A stretch of DNA of 64,000 nt from Hormiphora californensis (GCA_020137815.1 CM035353.1:1984001-2048000); one strand, 5' to 3'. Positions 50,296 to 63,601 are shown, counted from the stretch's first letter. Made by a program: numbers and translations. Notes: generated by a model from the letters alone, not told the origin.

Positions 50296-50698
50296 GTGAA
50301 TGGAGTGAATCCACTTCCTGTTTGAGAAGTGTCCGGGGATGGGTACAGCTGCAGCAATGACGTATAAGATACCGTGGAGGAGAACCTCTTCAACTAGTCC
50401 AGTTACTGCATGCTACCTCGTCACATTGATGTTATCATTTCACTACCCAGTGTGGGATGTGTCTTTTTCTGGGTCCCAGCTAAGTCCCAGCTCAGGGTAT
50501 CTTTCTTAAACTAGCTCACTCAGTGGAACACGTTAATAAGTGATCAAATATTCTTCAATCCAAAGATATTGCAGAAGTATTTGTCAAGTATTTGTCAAGT
50601 ATTTGTCAAGTATAAGAACGACCCCGGTATATCAACTGGAAACTAAAATCAACACACAAACAATACACAATTAAATCAATTGAAATAAAAAGCTAAAA

Positions 50699-53600
50699 TT
50701 AAATTCTCACTCGACCAGTTTCACTGTTTTCAGTCTCAATCAGGGTCCCAGCTGGTACTGTTGTGTACCGATTCCTTAATCTATCCATTCTTCTTTGGCC
50801 GGGTAAACTTGTTAACAATCGGCTGACAGTACGTGAGGGCAACCGCGAGAGAGTGTGGGATAATCGTCTTGATTTCAATGTCAGGATGTCCAGAATAAAC
50901 TTGCGGAAACTTTGATTCACCTGCGAAACAAAACGAATAAATGTCCGGATCAGCGAAAGTATAGCTGCTCACCAATCAGTAGTTGGTTACAAAGTTACCC
51001 CTATTACGATTTATATAAATTACGAGGGGTATAATTTCATTACCATGTATAATTTCATTACCAATTGCTCACCATTATGTAGAGGAAGAAGTTACAAAAT
51101 GAATTGAAATAGTAAAGGCATGTTGCTAGCTTCCACAAGACGGGAGGTAAATGTTCGTGGTTCATCATCACAATGTGTTTGAGAACCTCCACAACCTAGT
51201 TGGGATATACAGAAAGGAGATCAGTCTCACTTGTTTTGTTCGGGGAAGGAGGGTTGAACAAGGCAAAGTCCACTAAATAAATTGAAGGTCTCAGTAGCAA
51301 CATTTAAGGGCTGGGTAGCAACTAAGGGCTGCGTAAATGTGTCGCACCTCTCGTAGAAGATTGGAGAATACCAGAACGGAACAAATTGCTCCAGTTGTCA
51401 GAATTCCAGTCTTACTTCGCTTGCTCAACGATCGCCCATTTTTGGTAAATGCAAAGTGTAGCATCTTGACATTCAGTAGAACCACTATCACAATTGGTAT
51501 ATCGATCTGTTGGAATTATCTTGCTATATACCCTGCTAACTTAAATAACCCGCCAGTCCCACTAGCGCGCTCTCAATAAACAGCCAGTCCAGCGGCAGAT
51601 TATTTCCCACTGGCAGGTTATTTATTTTGAACATTCAAAGTGTGTGTAAATGATCAGTTCTTACTAAAATATAGAGGGAACACTATGTGCAACACTTACA
51701 CACTACATTGGAGAGAAAGAAAGGACACATTCCGTCAATTACTCTCTCTTTATCTCCCCTTTTGTCTCACTATCTCTTCCTCTGTGTTATGTGTGACATG
51801 CCCCTTATCAGGCTATTTCTTTCACTCTCTTTCCTTAGCAACTGCTTAGTAACTGTTACCAAACAGTGTACACTCAATTGTGAGGTGTTTTAACTATTTC
51901 TCAGTCCTCTTTGAGTGTTTTGATTAGTGTTCTCTCTCTTGTTGGTGTGTAATACTTGAAATAAACAACTAAAGCAGGGTATATAACCTATAAACTCTGA
52001 CCACTGGCACGTTATAGGTTTAAACCCCTCCGCCTCTCCCTCGGCTCCGCCTCGGGATCGTCGTCGTGATTTAAACCAGTTTATCCGCCAGCGGCGGATA
52101 AACTTCAGCTAACTTCTCCCAGCGGCGCGCTGGGAGAAAGTTATCTGAAATAACGCGCCAGTGGCCAGAGTTTATACCTCATATAAACGTAGACCTGTCT
52201 GGCGCCGCGACCCATCTGAGCGCTGCCAGACGTAGATCGATCTCTACGACTCGTAGTACTACTGCAAACTATTCTACAGAATTAACATCGACCATAACGC
52301 AGGTCCTCACCTGTTAATAAACCAATAAAACCCCCCAATTTACCGTTCTGTCGTGTGGCAGAGTTTGGTACGCTATACTGTCAGAGCATTGGCCTGACCC
52401 TGTTCTGCACGCGGAGCGCGCGAGAACTGTGGTCAGAGCATTGGCCTGACAGACGCTATAACCTATAGAGCCAAACACACACACACACACACACCCCCAA
52501 TTTAAAAATGAACATGGTACCTGTGCAAGGTTCATCCATGTCAGAATCCTACCTGTGCAAGGTTCATCCATGTCAGAATCCTACCTGTGCAAGGTTCATC
52601 CATGTCAGAATCCTACCTGTGCAAGGTTCATCCATGTCAGAATCCTACCTGTGCAAGGTTCATCCATGTCAGAATCCTACCTGTGCAAGGTTCATCCATG
52701 TCAGAATCCTACCTGTGCAAGGTTCATCCAAGTCAGAATCCTACCTGTGCAAGGTTCATCCATGTCAGAATCCTACCTGTGCAAGGTTCATCCATGTCAG
52801 AATCCTACCTGTGCAAGGTTCATCCACGTCAGAATCCTACCTGTGCAAGGTTCATCCATGTCAGAATCCTACCTGTGCAAGGTTCATCCACGTCAGAATC
52901 CTACCTGTGCAAGGTTCATCCATGTCAGAATCCTACCTGTGCAAGGTTCATCCACGTCAGAATCCTACCTGTGCAAGGTTCATCCATGTCAGAATCCTAC
53001 CTGTGCAAGGTTCATCCACGTCAGAATCCTACCTGTGCAAGGTTCATCCATGTCAGAATCCTACCTGTGCAAGGTTCATCCATGTCAGAATCCTACCTGT
53101 GCAAGGTTCATCCATGTCAGAATCCTACCTGTGCAAGGTTCATCCACGTCAGAATCCTACCTGTGCAAGGTTCATCCATGTCAGAATCCTACCTGTGCAA
53201 GGTTCATCCACGTCAGAATCCTACCTGTGCAAGGTTCATCCATGTCAGAATCCTACCTGTGCAAGGTTCATCCACGTCAGAATCCTACCTGTGCAAGGTT
53301 CATCCATGTCAGAATCCTACCTGTGCAAGGTTCATCCACGTCAGAATCCTACCTGTGCAAGGTTCATCCACGTCAGAATCCTACCTGTGCAAGGTTCATC
53401 CATGTCAGAATCCTACCTGTGCAAGGTTCATCCACGTCAGAATCCTACCTGTGCAAGGTTCATCCATGTCAGAATCCTACCTGTGCAAGGTTCATCCATG
53501 TCAGAATCCTACCTGTGCAAGGTTCATCCAAGTCAGAATCCTACCTGTGCAAGGTTCATCCATGTCAGAATCCTACCTGTGCAAGGTTCATCCATGTCAG

Positions 53601-55665
53601 AATCCTACCTGTGCAAGGTTCATCCACGTCAGAATCCTACCTGTGCAAGGTTCATCCATGTCAGAATCCTATGATGAATCAGATTGTGCTCAACAATTAC
53701 ACACTGCATGGACCCTGCCAGCCGTATAACTCCCGTCCTAAATCCCATAATTACCTTCATGCAGGTCTTAGTACCTGCTCGGGATATCGACGGATATGAA
53801 GATTAGGGGTCATGACTGAACCTCAGGGATAAATGGCGGTTACCTAAATCTGATGTTCAGTCACTTTCCAATGAAAGGCTTATCATTTGATTCTTTAACT
53901 GATTAGAGAGCTAGCTGCTGTTTGGCGGTGCTGATCCCTTTTTGGTTCTCAAATCGCAAGGCATGTGTTCAGATCAGGCCTTGTCGAGTTAACGTTTTGT
54001 TGGAACATAAAAAAAGGAAAATAATATCCAGGATATTACCAGGAACCGACCGAAACAAGTAAACAACCAATCAGAACTCGTTATTTAGGTCACGTGACTG
54101 GTTATCAGCCAATCAGGGACCAGTATTTCCTGATTCGGTCGGTTTCTGGTTATTACCTGAGTAGATCCAGACAACGACAGAGGAGAGAAGGTGGAACTTA
54201 TCGGTACTGTAGGCCGTTTTACTATTGGGGTAGTGACATCGGATGTAGCGGTGGAGGGTTATCAACAAGATGAACGATACTGTAGATACCGCCGGAATAT
54301 TATGACCAAATATAACTACCTGATAAAATAGTTCACTGTACGACTGTCGAAGATGCCTCATGATCACCAATACGGGAGAAAGGTATACGATCTAGTCTCG
54401 ACTTATTTAGATAAAACATCAAGAATGAATAATGAACTATATACCCTGCTAACTAAAATAATGCGCCAGTTGCGAGAAGTCCCACTAGCGCGCTCTCGAT
54501 AACCAGCCAGTCCAGCGGCAGATTATTTCCCACTGGCAGGTTATTTATTTTTAACTCCTATGTTACATTCAAAGTGTGTGTAAATGATCAGTTCTTACTG
54601 AAATACAGAGGGAACACTGTTTGGAAGAGTTACACACTAAATTGGAGAGAAAGAAACAACAAATTCCGTCAATTACTCTCTCTTTATCTTCCCTTTTGTT
54701 TCACTATCTCAATTCCTCTGTGTTATGTCTGGCATGCCCCATATCTTGTTATTTCTTTCTCTCTCTCCTTAGTAACTGTTACCAAACAATGTACACTCAA
54801 TTGAGAGATGTTTTTGACTGTTTCTCAGTTCTCTTTGTGTGTTTTGATTAGTGTTCTCTCTCTTGTTAGTGTGTAATACTTGTAACAAACAACTAAAGCA
54901 GGGTATATAACCTATAAACTCTTGCCACAGACGCGTTATAGGTTTAAACCCCTCCGCCTCTCCCTCGGCTACGCCTCGGGATCGTCGTCGTGATTTAAAC
55001 CAGTTTATCCGCCAGTGGCGGATAAACTACAGCTACCTTCTCCCAGCGGCGCGCTGGGAGAAAGGTATCTGAAATAACGCGCCACTGGCAAGAGTTTATA
55101 CCTCATATAATGAGCTACGTACCGTGCACACGGCGCTACCAATGTCCCATTCTCCCCTGCAAAGAACAAGGAAATGCGGGAGAACAATTATCACAGAAAA
55201 TAGCAAATCCGAAATTGCCAGGTGTTTTATTAGATAAACTGTAACTCTGGCAACTCCAAAACTCGTAACCCGGGATTTTCCGTACTGAAATCATTGAAGT
55301 TTTCATAGTCCTAAGACCACTGGCCTCAGGGGCCGCGGTAAGTGACCTAAACCTGAGATTCAGGCACGACTGTTTTACCCCACTGTAAGTGTACTGAATT
55401 CGAAATCAAACGGAGATTGATTTGATAAGCTATAGCGGTTGCCGTGAACCCAGGAGGTATGATCTGACAAAAACTGTACCTCAGCGGAAGCGTATATGAC
55501 AAGAGAATTTCCCACGAGAGACACCAAGACTGCAAATCCAGTGAAGAGAATCAAAAGACTCTGCTCCACCCGTGTTTCACTGTGGAATATCCAACTATTT
55601 TCCACATTTATGGTCGGATCTTGATTTTGGTGGTCCAGAGATCCGTTCATCAACAAGTGCGTCAT
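50699..55665 (-). CDS. Rhodopsin-family (class A) GPCR, 382 aa, 7 exons
   Basis: Exons (minus) 55665-55480, 55284-55123, 54319-54157, 53774-53641, 51506-51348, 51195-51073, 50920-50699, all phase-consistent. TM1 VGNSLV, TM2 HLAISDLL, ECL1 WDIGSAVC, TM3 TLHRY, TM4 VVWIYS, TM7 FNSFCNFFLY, helix 8 NQSFRKFI. Confidence 0.9.
51517..52185 (+). mobile_element. ~670-bp interspersed element, copy 2
   Basis: Homologous to 49617-50295; lies 11 nt from a GPCR exon boundary. Confidence 0.7.
52519..53670 (-). repeat. 36 x 32-bp minisatellite made of GPCR exon-4 end plus GT donor
   Basis: Plus-strand unit acctgtgcaaggttcatccatgtcagaatcct; 1152 bp = 36 x 32; essentially one variable position. Confidence 0.95.
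54040..54148 (-). mobile_element. hAT-like MITE, family A, at a GPCR splice donor
   Basis: TSD gatattac / gttattac (1 mismatch) equals the first 8 intron nt on the minus strand. Confidence 0.88.
54437..55109 (+). mobile_element. ~670-bp interspersed element, copy 3
   Basis: Homologous to 49617-50295; in GPCR intron 2. Confidence 0.7.
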
Positions 55666-55973
55666 GTTGGGTACAAAGTCACCTCTACTATTGCATGAGC
55701 CGTGCAGATCAGGGGTAATTTGATTACTAATGTACTATAGCATTAGCTAGCTAACTTAAGTACTCAACAACTAACTCAACAAGTCTGAACAAAAGTGAAC
55801 GGTGGTTAAGTCAGTTGAGTGACAGAGCAGAACTTGAGGAACATATGATATCAGCTTGTAAAAGAATGGACGCACGACCTCTAAACATGACAATGGTTAA
55901 CAATATGAACTGTCTCGTCTTTGTTGGCAATATATTTAGTTTTTCAATGCCATTGTAGTAAAAAACAAAAGAG

Positions 55974-56074
<101 letters not shown>

Positions 56075-57143
56075 TAAGCTTAAGCTAATCTTTCAGCTAA
56101 TCGTACAGAGACTCTCTGCCAGAGAGGGATGGTACGCTCTTAGTCGGCCGGGTGTAATTGCCTCACACGTGCAATAATCTTCTTTTCTACACGAACAAAC
56201 ATGAAAGTTTAGATATACAGTCGGACTCTGATTTATGTTTCTTTTTTCATCTGGTAATAGGGGCCGGTTGCTATTTTTTCCCTGCCCGGGTAAATGCCGA
56301 AGGCATTCACCTGGATGATATTTTTAGCACGTGCTAAAAGGATCATAATTCAAGGTTTAGAATTCAGCAGATCGTGTAATCATCCTTAATTATAAAGTAC
56401 AAATGAACGACGAACGTCGTGATGTCCTATCCACACCTGCAAATAGAGGGGGTTGCCAAGGAGTGGTATGGGAGGTTGCACGTGCGGTTTGGTGCAGTGG
56501 GCATGAGAGGGGTGCTCCTGGGTGACGGAGAGCGTTTGGTGACATATATGCGCGACCCCCGCACACAATCTTGGTCGCGCCAGGTGTCTATGTCACCAAG
56601 GAGAGCGTGGGGATACGGGCCAACGGGTGCTCTACTTCAACGGGCGTCAAAGTTATTTAAAAAAGGCAGATGCTTGGTGATGGTAGTCTTGAAGCAACAT
56701 TTGCACGTGCAGGTTTAGAGGTGGAGTGGGAGCTGGAGATAGGGGACCTCAGGGCTTTGCACGTGCAAATTGAGTTCTTAAGCAATATTGAAACTTTAAA
56801 GCTCTTTGGAAAGAGCTCGATCCCCTCTTCTATCCCAGATCCCAGAAAATTTGAAATTTGTTTAAAAATGGCCGAGTTTCATCGGGAAATCCGGGTTTAA
56901 AGCTTAGTCATCAATTTTACACCCATTTGTGGCAGAGAAACACCGTATTATGAATACATAATGCAACAATTCTTGTGTTAGGAGTAGCGATCCGAAAGGC
57001 AAAATTAAAAGTCTAAAACAAAACACTCAAATTTGTTCTCTGTAGTTTCTATAATACATAGTAATAAGCATAATAAATTGTTAGGTTCTTTAATTCGAGC
57101 CCTTTATCATTGTCACTGGACATTCCACCTCTGTTGTAATAAA

Positions 57144-59446
57144 TCATTCAGCTACTTCTTCTTGTTGGTTGGGGTTTGGCAGGTTTACTTGGTCGTTGGG
57201 GTTTGGCAGTTGTCCTTGCTGGTTCGGATTTGGCAGTTGTCCTTGCTGGTTCGGATTTGGCAGTTGTCCTTGCTGGTTCGGGTTTGGCAGGTATACTCCT
57301 TGTAGGTTTGGAGTTGGCACGTATGCGAGGATATATCCCTGCTGGTTCGGATTTGGTAGTTGTCCCTGCTGCCGCTGGTTCGGATATGAAGGGTATCCCT
57401 GCTGGTTGGGGTTTGGTAGGTATCCTTGTTGGTTAGGATTTGACTCGACGGATCTTTGTTGGTTAGGATTTGACTCGACGGATCTTTGTTGGTTCTGATT
57501 TGGCACGTGCTGTACTTGCTGGGTAGGTGGTACACCTAAGACAGAAAATCGTTAAATATTAAATTGGATAATTTTGCAACAACTTTTCCGATTTGGCTGA
57601 AGCCTCAAACCTTCCAAGAAGTTATAGACAGGTGCAGAGAGAAGGACTGTAAAGTTTCAATTTTCATGTCTATAATTCGATAATCCAACTCCTTACATGT
57701 TGCAACATGTAACATCTTGCCAGCACCTACGTCGCACGTGCCAATGCGCCGCGAACAACAGGCGTTCACAACTGAACGCCTGCTGATTTGAAGAACCAAC
57801 CAAATATGATTCAACTTGGTTCTTCGAAACAATTTTTCGAAGATCCCGGTGTGATCGCGCCCTTACGCGGGCGCCATACCCGTAAGGAGCTGGAATCCAG
57901 CTGGATTATAGACATGAAACTTTACAGTCCTTCTCTATGTGCCTGTCCATAACTTCTTGGAAGGTTTCAGCAAAATGACGCACCCTAATATTGGGGTACA
58001 TGGAATTTGGTAGTATAACTACATATTGGAAGAAATTAATTATATCCGTAGGACGTCAACTAACCTGATTCTTGTGAGGTATCCATCCAAGACCAAAGGA
58101 GAAATAGCATAATCGATCCTGCCAGGAAAACTGAGGCCCCCAGTTCGAGTAGGAGAAGTATAAAATGAAGGATGCCTATATTCCATCGTATCAAATTTTC
58201 CGTGACTGCAGAAATTGGTGAACGTATAAGAATTGGGGAAAACAGACGTGACTTAACCTAACACGGCTGCTTGTAGCGGAGAAACGGTCTCAAAACACCC
58301 TGCGCAGACGCACCGTTGAAAAAATACTGGTTTTCAGCTAGATGTGTTTATTACCCGTGCGCAACGTAAATTAGTGTGCGTCTGCGCACAGTGTTTGGAC
58401 ACCGTTTCTCCACTACAAGCAGTCGTGTTAAAGTCCATTTTTATTCAACTGTTCACCCCTCAACTCGTGCGCGTGCGATATTTTAATTTACGCTGCGCAC
58501 GCTACACGTTAACATGTGATAAACGCGCAAAACAATTCCGCGCACGACTTTGGGGGGTGAACAGTTGAAAAAAAATGGACTTTAGGTTACAGCTGTTTAC
58601 CTCTTAGACCTGTGTTCTCACTCAGAAAAGAATTTCAGTGACGGCAATTCCCTGAGACTTGAGGGATTAGCCGTCACTGAAACCTGAGATCTCAGGTCTC
58701 AGTGGAAAATAGCCGTGGCCTGAACTTGAGGCTCAGGCACGACTGTTTTCCCCCAGTATGATATATACTTACTCCGTAAATTTCCAATACTTTCGTCAAG
58801 ATTTACAAACACAACGACCAAACCCACCACCACTGTCACCGCTTTGGCAATCAAAACTTTCTTCTTTCCCAAATTTCTAGTACTGAGGTACATAGAAATC
58901 ACAGTCAATACACCTACCCCACTGAATATCACATTTTTGGCGATCCAGCTTGAATTGAGATTATAATCTGAAAATAGTATTTTTGTCAAGGTCTTTACAC
59001 CCTACTACCGCTTGCCTAGCTAGACTGTATTCCCCCCCCCCCCCCCGGAAGGTTAGAACATAACAAACTACCGCTGGTAGTGAAACAATTTTTTCTATTA
59101 ATAAACTCATGTTTGTATTTGTACCGCTACTATAAATACAATATTCTGTCACTTTATGGGCACGCAGCATTCGAAATACGGATTTAATTGTAATTATTAA
59201 ACTGTCCGGCGCTGCAGACCCCACCTGAGTGCACTGTCGCGCCCAATTTGAGAATCAAATCGGGGTCTGCAGCCGCCAGACAGTTATTAAACCAATAAAG
59301 AAGTTACCATATTCAACTTTAGTCCAAATGATAGCACCAATAAACCCAGCTCCGTAGGCTAGCAATCCCAGGACACCAAGACCATTGAGTATACGACCAA
59401 ACTTCAGCAGTCGAGGATGCTTGGATATGTCCAAAAACTCGTTCAT
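57144..59446 (-). CDS. Four-TM membrane protein (MS4A/CD20-like architecture) with PNPNQQG-repeat tail, ~288 aa
   Basis: Exons (minus) 59446-59308, 58967-58773, 58205-58065, 57535-57144; all phase-1 GT-AG; four hydrophobic segments, last ILHFILLLLELGASVFLAG; alternative ATG at 59461. Confidence 0.78.
57595..57975. mobile_element. Degraded MITE with ~75-bp inverted repeats
   Basis: aaaccttccaagaagttat... versus ...ataacttcttggaaggttt. Confidence 0.6.
58259..58583. mobile_element. Two abutting short palindromic MITEs
   Basis: acacggctgcttgtag/ctacaagcagtcgtgt and aaagtccattttt...aaaaatggacttt. Confidence 0.6.
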
Positions 59447-60089
59447 TTTAAGTCTATACATAGAATGGGGAAAACAGTCATGCCTGAACCTCAGGTTCAG
59501 GCTACGGGTATTTTCCACTGGGACCTGAGGTCATTATGGGCATGGGCAAGATTTTGACCAAGTCGCACAGACTGACAAAAATTGGTCATTTGACCAAGCT
59601 TGGAGAGTAAAAACTGAAACTAATTCATAACATATCGAAAACCACTGAACCCGACTAATTTTGATACGCTGGCGACTTGGTCAAAATAATGGACATGATC
59701 ACGCATGGACATTGGACAGTCTGTGTGCGCCCAAAGATAAGGGTTAGGGCGTGTGCAGTAGTGACGTAATGTTTACACTGTGTGTGTGTGTGACTAGAAA
59801 GTGTCTAATTTTTCATATACCACTGCAACGGTATTTTACTTTATAATTACTAGTGTTTTGCAGTGGTCTAAGTTTTCAAAGTGCACTGTAACCGGTGGTC
59901 TAAGTGTGTTAGACCACCGGAAACGGTTCATTATGAAAACTTAGATCGTCGGTCAAAATTGTCCAATACAAAACATACCACGAGACAGACAGACAGACAT
60001 CTTGTAAGTGGAACACATACCACGGAACAGACATGTACAATGTATACATCATTACATCCTATAATAAGAACTATAAGTAAGGGTCACCA

Positions 60090-61939
60090 GTGGCCTTCCC
60101 TATTTATCAAAATTTTTGAAATTCAAAAATGTGCCCCCTAGAATATGTTGACGACATCATAACTAGAGGGGAATCACCTTAGAATAACATCTTGAATGAA
60201 TGCAGAGCTGCCGCATCCGGCCTAAAATTGTGCGAGTGTTTGCGATCCAATGCAAATGTTTGCGATTGATTGCAAATAGTTGCGATAAAATGCGATAAAA
60301 TGCGATTGCGACATAATGCGATTGTTTGCCACCACTTGCTAATAAATGCGATAATATGCGAACGAATTCAATGTTTTGCTACTAAATGCGATCTCATGCG
60401 ATCTCATGCGATCTTATGCGAATGAATGCTAATTCATTACGGATACTCTCCGCCAAATTCGCAAAAAATCGCATAAAATCGCAAAAAATCGCATGATATA
60501 GCAAAGTATAGCAAGTCATCGCGAATCATTGCAAACATTCGCAAACGTTCGCATAATTTCCGGCCGCTTGCGGCAGCGCTACTCAAACTCTTCGAAAATT
60601 TTCGAGTCGTCAGATTGCAGTAAAATGTGTCCTCTAGACATCCTAGGGGACACATTTTTGAGATTTTGTTTCAAAACAGCTCCGAATGGACAAATAGGGA
60701 AGGCTAGTCACCACACACCAAAGTTAAAATTAAAATTAAAATTTGACGTTTTTGGTCATAACTCTGCCATTTCTTGGCAAAATTGCTTCATTTTGGGCTT
60801 GTTGGAAAGAGGGCATCGAGCCCGTTCTAAACAGCCCAAGAAACTTGAAATCCGCGCAAAGTGCGCGGCGTTACAGTGCAAAATGTGTGCGTTAAAATTT
60901 TAAAATTTTAACGCACACATCATGCGCCTTATTGGGCACGTCGCGCCCCCCATGTTCGCGCGCCCGTAGGGCGATCCCCTCACGGGGCTTGCCTGCTTCG
61001 CAGGCAATGCGCCTTAACGCCGCACACTTTGCGCCGATTTTAAGTTTCTTGAGCTCTTCAGAACGGGCTCGATGCCCTCTTTCCAACAAGCCCAAAATGA
61101 AGCAATTTTGCCAAGAAATGGCAGAGTTATGACCAAAAACGTCAAATTTTAATTTTAATTTTAACTTTGGTGTGTGGTGACTAGCCTTCCCTATTTGTCC
61201 ATTCGGAGCTGTTTTGAAACAAAATCTCAAAAATGTGTCCCCTAGGATGTCTAGAGGACACCTTTTACTGCAATCTGACGACTCGAAAATTTTCGAAGAG
61301 TTTGAGTAGCGCTGCCGCAAGCGGCCGGAAATTATGCGAACGTTTGCGAACGTTTGCGAATGTCTGCAATGATTTGCGATGACTTGCTATACTTTGCTAT
61401 ATCATGCGATTTTTTGCGATTTTATGCGATTTTTTGCGAATTTGGCGGAGAGTATCCGTAATGAATTAGCATTCATTCGCATGAGATCGCATTTAGTAGC
61501 AAAACATTGAATTCGTTCGCATTCTATCGCATTTATTAGCAAGTGGTGGCAAACAATCGCATTATGTCGCAATCGCATTTTATCGCATTTTATTGCAACT
61601 ACAGTCGGACCCCGATTTAACGGCCCCCGATTTAGCGGCACCCCGATTTAACGGCAGCATAATCTCCCCCCGATATAGGAAATTAACAGTATTTGACCCC
61701 GATTTAGCGGACACCCCGATTTAACGGACAAAACCCTTTCCCCCGAGGGTGCCGTTAAATCGGGGTCCGACTGTATTTGCAATCAATCGCAAACATTTGC
61801 ATTGGATCGCAAACACTCGCACAATTTTAGGCCGGATGCGGCAGCTCTGCATTCATTCAAGACGTTATTCTAAGGTGATCCCCTCTAGTTATGATGTCGT
61901 CAACATATTCTAGGGGCCGGGGCACATTTTTGAATTTCC
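60090..61939. mobile_element. ~1.85-kb composite foldback element
   Basis: Arms ~60118-60880 and ~61010-61938 are inverted copies with mirror ORFs; tgcgat-rich subrepeats. Confidence 0.85.
61602..61773. mobile_element. MITE family B nested in the right arm of the foldback
   Basis: TIR cagtcggaccccgattta; TA TSD; empty site visible in the left arm (gcaaatagttgc). Confidence 0.92.
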
Positions 61940-62040
61940 ACGTACTACGCGATGTCTGAACAGTGAACACTGAACCTCCTGCGATGACTACTAAACAAAC
62001 AAAAATAAAAATAGAACAAGGAGACTCTATATTGTGTTCC

Positions 62041-62153
<113 letters not shown>

Positions 62154-62279
62154 ATAATAATTGATAGATCAGATTTGTGGTATAGCTTTGGACTGTCCTC
62201 AAGTTGTGTATAAGTTATTAAGTTGAGGTTTGTTCAAAGCTATATATGTATCACAAGTCTGATCTATCTATTAGTACTG

Positions 62280-62450
62280 CAGTCGGACCCCGATTTAGGG
62301 ACACCCTCGGGGGAAAGGCTTTTGTCCACTAAATCGGGGTGTCCACTAAATCGGGGTCAAATAAGGTTAATTTCCTATATCGGGGGAAAAAATCCTGTCC
62401 CTAAATCGGGGTGCCACTAAATCGGGGGCCCCTAAATCGGGGTCCGACTG
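62280..62450. mobile_element. MITE family B
   Basis: TIR cagtcggaccccgattta ... taaatcggggtccgactg. Confidence 0.88.
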
Positions 62451-63410
62451 TACATTGAGGACATAATGTGGACACATTATGGATACATTGAGGACACATT
62501 GTGGACATATTCTGGACATATTCTAGACACATTGTGCACAAATTGAGGAACCATTGAGGACACATTGGGGACACATTATGTATGGACACATTGTGGACAC
62601 ATTATGGACACATTTTAATTTAGGACACATTAAGGACATATTATGGACACATTATGGACACATTATGGACACATTATGGATACATTGAGGACACATTGTG
62701 GACATATTCTGGACATATTATGGACATATTGAGGAACCATTGAGGACACATTATGGACACATTGAGGAATCATTTGGGGACACATTGGGGACACATTGTG
62801 GACACATTATGGACACATTATGGACACATTATGGACATATTCTAATTTAGGACACATTAAGGACATATTATGGACACATTATGGATACATTGAGGACACA
62901 TTTTGGACATATTCTGGACATATTCTAGACACATTGTGGACAAATTGAGGAACCATTGAGGACACATTATGGACACATTGAGGAATCATTTGGGGACACA
63001 TTGGGGACACATTATGGACACATTGTGGACACATTATGGACACATTTTAATTTAGGACACATTAAGGACATATTATGGACACATTATGGATACATTGAGG
63101 ACACATTATGGACACATTGTGGACATATTCTGGACATATTCAAGACACATTGTGGACAAATTGAGGAACCATTGAGGATACATTATGGACACATTGAGGA
63201 ATCATTTGGGGACACATTGGGGACACATTATGGACACATTGTGGACACATTATGGACACATTGAGGAATCATTTGGGGACACATTGTGGACACATTGTGT
63301 ATGGACACATTATGGACATATCATGGACACATTATGGATACATTGAGGAACCATTGAGGACACATTGTAGACATATTCTGGACATATTCTGGACACATTA
63401 TGGACACATC
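62451..63410. repeat. 11-bp-unit satellite (ggacacattat) with higher-order repetition
   Basis: Direct inspection. Confidence 0.92.
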
Positions 63411-63601
63411 GTGTTTAGTTCTACGTTTTGAACAAAGGCAAAACACTTCAGTTTTGTTCTGGCCGTAAGAAGTTGTTATTAAAAGATCATTACAAAATGT
63501 ATACTTTCAAAATGTATACTTTCAACTTGAATATCAATATCATAACTTTCTGGCTTTTTACTACCTTTCTCGCTCACTTCTATCACGTCCTACAGCTCTG
63601 C

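Noticed and set aside
52508-53799. Three ~400-aa plus-strand ORFs and a CRISPR-like 32-bp repeat
   Set aside because: The ORFs arise from a stop-free tandem unit antisense to the GPCR; there are no spacers, no cas genes, and the context is eukaryotic.
56419-56900. Overlapping plus-strand ORFs
   Set aside because: No recognisable homology; adjacent motifs suggest the interior of a non-autonomous repeat.
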